Virus record (IMG/VR): IMGVR_UViG_3300042090_001530
Span: 138,491-202,490 of that record
Strand: one strand, 5' to 3'
From: a virus
Taxonomy: Duplodnaviria > Caudoviricetes
Length of the DNA: 64,000 nucleotides
Both the position numbers and the translations under genes were made by a program. Below, piece by piece: positions 59,946 to 64,000 of this stretch. Positions within the stretch are counted from its first letter, which is position 1. Every line of letters starts with the position of its first letter. Under the pieces are notes generated by a model, which was not told the origin of the DNA, did not search any database, and was given only the letters and a program-made list of their open reading frames with translations.

Positions 59946-61461
59946 CCGGCTGCGGCACCCGCGGCCAGGAGCGTCACGCTGATCCCGCTTCGGCGGGAGA
60001 GGTAGAGACCGCTGCCGGTGACGGCAGCACATCATATGCCGGGGCTGCGATGGTCGCGGTCCTGGATCGTCACGGGCGCCCGCTGATGCCGTGTCATCCG
60101 GCCCGCGCCCGCGAACTGCTCGCGAAGGGCCGGGCCGTGGTCGCCCGCCACACCCCGTTCGTGATCCGTCTGAAAGACCGCGACCTCGCGGATAGCGAAG
60201 TCGCTGGCGTCACGCTGCGCATCGACCCCGGGTCGAAAGGCACCGGGATCGCCACCACCACCGACGTCCAGCGGATCGACACCGCGACCGGCGAACTGAC
60301 CGCTGCCCGCAAGGGCCTGCTAGCGATCCAGCTCGACCATCGGGGCGCGCAGATCAAGGCGAAGCTTGAGCAGCGCTCGAACTGCCGGCGCCGTCGTCGC
60401 TCGGCGAATCTGCGCTACCGCGCGCCGAGGTTCCTGAACCGTACGAAGCCCGCTGGCTGGCTTGCCCCGTCGCTTCAGCATCGCGTGGACGCGACCACGT
60501 CGTGGGCCGGGCGGCTCTCGCGCTGGTTTCCGGTCGCGGGGATCGAGTTCGAGCGCGTCTCGTTCGACGTGTCGGCGATGGGCGTCGGCGTCGACCTGGC
60601 GGGTGTCGAGTATCAGCGGGGCACCCTGTTCGGGTATGAGGTGCGGCAGTTCCTGCTGGAGAAGTGGGGCCGATCCTGTGTCTACTGCGCGGCCGAGGGC
60701 GTGCCGTTGCAGGTCGAGCACATCCGGCCCAAGGCGCGCGGCGGCTCGGACCGGATCTCGAACCTGACGCTCGCGTGTGAGAAGTGCAACCAGGCCAAGG
60801 GTGCGCGGCCAGTAGAAGAGTTCCTTGCCGGCCGGCCCACGCTGCTCGCGAAGATCCTGCGGCAGGCGAAGGCTCCGTTGCGGGACGCCGCCGCGATGAA
60901 CGCGACACGTTGGGCGCTGTGGCGGGAGCTGAGGGCGACGGGCCTGCCGGTGCGCGCCTGGTCCGGCGGTCGGACGAAGTTCAACCGGCACACCCAGGGC
61001 GTGGCGAAGTCGCACACCCTCGACGCGCTGTGCGTCGGCGAGCTCGGGCCCGGCGTCCGCATCGTGCGACACCCCGCCGTGGTCCTGACCGCGAAGGCGA
61101 CCGGGCGCGGCCGGTATCGGCGCACCGACCCGGACGCGTACGGATTCCCGCGCAAGACGAACCCCAGGGTCAAGCAGCACTTCGGGTTCGCGACCGGCGA
61201 CATGGTCCGCGCCGTCGTGCCGAGCGGCAAGAAGCAAGGAACTCACGTCGGCCGCGTCGCAGTGCGCGCCATAGGCAACTTCAACATCACCACCATGCAT
61301 GGAACCGTGCAGGGCATTCACCACCGTCACGTCCGGCTGCTCCAGCGCGCCGACGGATACGGATACACCACCAGCAGAGAGGTCGCACCGCCGATGTACA
61401 CGCACAACCCGGAGGGCTTCCTCCCCGCCCTGAAGGACGGGGCTTCCGCCCCGGATTTCAG
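59684..61461 (+). mobile_element. IS200/IS605-family IscB element, non-autonomous (no tnpA)
   Basis: Left end GTCAAC + hairpin CCCAGTCC-TGAA-GGACTGGG; right-end hairpin CCCCGCCC-TGAA-GGACGGGG; contains omegaRNA and iscB. Confidence 0.85.
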
Positions 61462-61465
61462 GTGA
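60050..61465 (+). CDS. iscB: RNA-guided endonuclease IscB
   Basis: PLMPCHPARARELL, RuvC-I IDPGSK, Arg-rich bridge helix, RuvC-II FER, HNH CVYC...EHIRP...CEKCNQAKG, RuvC-III SHTLDA; all catalytic residues present. Confidence 0.93.
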   Translation: MVAVLDRHGRPLMPCHPARARELLAKGRAVVARHTPFVIRLKDRDLADSEVAGVTLRIDPGSKGTGIATTTDVQRIDTATGELTAARKGLLAIQLDHRGAQIKAKLEQRSNCRRRRRSANLRYRAPRFLNRTKPAGWLAPSLQHRVDATTSWAGRLSRWFPVAGIEFERVSFDVSAMGVGVDLAGVEYQRGTLFGYEVRQFLLEKWGRSCVYCAAEGVPLQVEHIRPKARGGSDRISNLTLACEKCNQAKGARPVEEFLAGRPTLLAKILRQAKAPLRDAAAMNATRWALWRELRATGLPVRAWSGGRTKFNRHTQGVAKSHTLDALCVGELGPGVRIVRHPAVVLTAKATGRGRYRRTDPDAYGFPRKTNPRVKQHFGFATGDMVRAVVPSGKKQGTHVGRVAVRAIGNFNITTMHGTVQGIHHRHVRLLQRADGYGYTTSREVAPPMYTHNPEGFLPALKDGASAPDFR

Positions 61466-61815
61466 ACCAGATTAGCGCCCATCCCGGACCGGACAGCGCC
61501 GCCACCCCGGCCGAGTCCGGCTACGTCTTCAACCTCGGATTCGAGGCCGGACAACACGACGCCGCCGAACGCGCCAGGCTCGCCGCCATCGCGCTCGCCT
61601 CCGCCCAACCCGACGAAGACGGCAACACCGAGACCCGCACCGACTGGACCGAGTTCCCCATCGGCCTGTCCCTGCACACCACGTCCGGGATCACGTCCGT
61701 CGTCCTCGACTCGGACGGCCTACCGGTCGACGAATACCTCGACCCCGACGAAGCCGACGCCCTCGCGGACGCCATCCACGCCTACGCCGCAGCCGCCCGG
61801 AGCGCTCGCCGATGA
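61462..61815 (+). CDS. Hypothetical protein whose start abuts the IscB element
   Basis: GTG 61462 overlaps iscB TGA; ATGA-coupled to next gene. Confidence 0.65.
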   Translation: MNQISAHPGPDSAATPAESGYVFNLGFEAGQHDAAERARLAAIALASAQPDEDGNTETRTDWTEFPIGLSLHTTSGITSVVLDSDGLPVDEYLDPDEADALADAIHAYAAAARSARR

Positions 61816-63889
61816 ACACCGCCGCCCTGACCCTCGCCGAAACCGGGCTGCGCGCCATCGAGATCCTCGCGCTCGACCTCGAACCCGGCGACATCCTCTC
61901 CGCGTCCGGCCAGTGGGCCACCGTCGAAACCGCCCTGACCGAAGCGAACGAACTCGGCGCCTACGTCTCCTACAAGGTCACCCCGATCCGGCAGCCCGAA
62001 CAGGCCCGCACCCTGCACGCGTCCGCCGGGAGCATCATCGCCGTGCTGCGCGCCGAGAACCGCGCCGCCGTCGGCCCGGACGAGTGGGAGACCGCCTGCT
62101 CGTGCGGCGGCGACCCGGACACGTGCCCCGCGAACCAGGCCGTCATCGCGCAGATCGCCGCCGACGAGGGCCAGGCGGAGGCGAACCGCACGTGACCGCC
62201 ATCGCGAACACCGCCGACCTTCGCCTGATCGAGCCCCCGGCGCACCAGCTGCAGCCCGGCGACCTGATCGCCTCGTCCGGCACATGGGCCACGATCCTGA
62301 CCGTGGACCTGGAGAACACCGACACCGTCTCCATCGTCACACTCACCGTCGCGACCCTCGCCCCGCCGACCCGCACGTCCACCATCGAGACGCTCGCGAA
62401 GAACACGATGCCCGCACTGCGCGCCGCCACGGTCCCGGTCGGCGCCCGCGTCTCCACCCGGTACGGCATCGGCACGGTCGTCGCCCCAGACGCGGTCGCC
62501 GTCGAGTTCGACGTGCCCGTCCCACACCTGACCGTCAAGGTCGCACTCATGCCCGCAGGCAACGTCACCCTCATCGACAACGGGAGCGCGCGATGAACCG
62601 CCTGATCGAGCACGCCATCGAACGCGTCCTGCGCGTCAAGGCCAAGACCCTCACCGACACGCAGGAAGCCGGCTCGGCCTGCGTCGTGTGCGGCCGCGAG
62701 TTCCTCACACCCGCCGACCGCGCCCCGTGGGCCTGCCTGGGCGTGTCGTGGCGGCACCGGCACTACGCCTGCACCGGCGCATGCTTCATCGAGGTCGTGG
62801 ACGACGTCACCCACCTGTTCTCGAGCACGGTCCCGCACGGCCGGCCGGTGTGGCTCTACCGCCTCGGCATCGACGACACGCCGCTGATCACCGCCCCCGA
62901 CGGTAGCGACATGGTCGACGAGGCACACCTGGCCGCACACGACGCACAACCCAAGCAGGCCGTCACGATCCTGCACGGCCGCGGCGCCATCAACACCCGG
63001 CCGCTGCCCGCCGACTACGCCCGCCGGATCGCCGAGCAGGCCATGCGGCTCGGATACACCGCCATGATCAACGAGGGGAGTGGCCTGCGATGACCACCGA
63101 CCACCACGGCCCGTACACCCGCCGCGAACAGGCCGCAGCAGACGCCGCAGCCCTCGCCGCCGCGATCGAGGCCGCCGACCCGGGCGGCCCCATGACCGAG
63201 CAGATCCGCGCCAACCGGCGCCAGGCCGCGGTCACGCACATCGACAACCTGCTGCGGAAACACGGCGTCGAGCGCGGAGCGTACGACATCGACATCGAGG
63301 ACTGGCTCAGCATGTGGGAGCTGGAAACGATCCAGGTCATCCTGTCCTGGGTCGAGCGCGCACACCGCGCGGGAGCCCGCCGCGCCCAGACGGCCGCCAC
63401 GTACCGCGTCGGCGACCAGGTCGTGACCCCGGACGGCCCCGGGCACGTGCACAGCACCGGCACGGGCGTCGTGACCGTCACGCTCGACGACCCGGACGGG
63501 CGCACCCGCAGCTACCCGGACACGTTCCTGCGGCCGCACGAGGGCGGTGCCGTCTGATGGACCGCACCTCGAACCTGATCGACACCGTGATCGCGGCGCT
63601 CGACGCACTCGCCGAACAGCCCCCGGCCGACGCCACCGAGACACTCGCCCTCGTGACCGGCCTGCACCGCACGCCGACCGACCCGAGCATCATCAACTCG
63701 CTGACCGGCCTGTGCGACGCGCTCACGCAGTGGCTCGCCGACGCACAGGTACCCGGCCTCGAAGGGGCCGACGCGGAGACCGTCAGCGGATACCTGGAGT
63801 CGGCCGGCAGCACGATCTCCGGCGCAGCCAACGACTGGCTCCTGCGCGCCCGGGAGAACCTCGTCGAGATCACCGGGGGCGAGTGGTGA
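61812..63889 (+). other. Run of coupled hypothetical genes
   Basis: 61812-62195, ~62192-62596, ~62593-63093, 63090-63557, ~63557-63889. Confidence 0.65.
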
Positions 63890-64000
63890 CGACCGTCAAG
63901 CCGCGGCACCTCGTCGCCGTACCCGACCGCGCCCCGATCGGCGCACCCGGCCCCGAAGCCGGGATCAACCAGGCCCGTACCGCCGCACGCGCCGCGCTCG

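Larger units (their letters stand above)
1..64000. mobile_element. Segment of a large phage- or plasmid-like element (actinobacterial host); ends not in window
   Basis: Dozens of short co-oriented ORFs joined by ATGA/GTGA/TGATG overlaps; phage/plasmid-type replication, excisionase-like, KorSA-like and RNA-repair genes; no housekeeping genes. Phage vs plasmid vs prophage cannot be decided here. Confidence 0.65.

Overview
GC-rich actinobacterial DNA (codon bias and protein families point to Streptomyces/Catenulispora-like hosts). It reads as part of a large phage- or plasmid-like element: long co-oriented runs of small, translationally coupled hypothetical genes, with no virion, integrase or conjugation genes recognisable in this window. 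Accessory and replication modules: (1) the best candidate for a new system, at 39.1-42.9 kb (minus strand): a TnpB/Cas12-like protein with all three RuvC catalytic residues substituted and a ~110-aa helical insertion. Its omegaRNA-like 3' end runs through a 35-nt leader into an 8-repeat CRISPR array (29-nt repeat, 32/33-nt spacers), followed by intact type I-E cas1 and cas2. No Cascade, cas3 or cas6 is present, and the unit sits behind a perfect PafBC-type promoter motif. (2) A conserved 244-aa gene followed by two tandem circularly permuted tRNA-like (Y-RNA-like) modules, with no Ro60 gene in view. (3) RNA end-repair enzymes: Thg1-like, RlaP-like nucleotidyltransferase and PNK-type HAD phosphatase. 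(4) A radical SAM + PIMT-like methyltransferase cassette and an orphan FxSxx-COOH precursor peptide. (5) An intact IscB/omegaRNA element inserted between an RBS and its start codon. (6) A replication region with a SNF2 helicase, an HTH initiator, a DnaB-N/AAA_25 helicase, a degenerate DnaB C-terminal domain and three stacked iteron-like repeat clusters. All family names come from motif recognition by eye; no database search was run.
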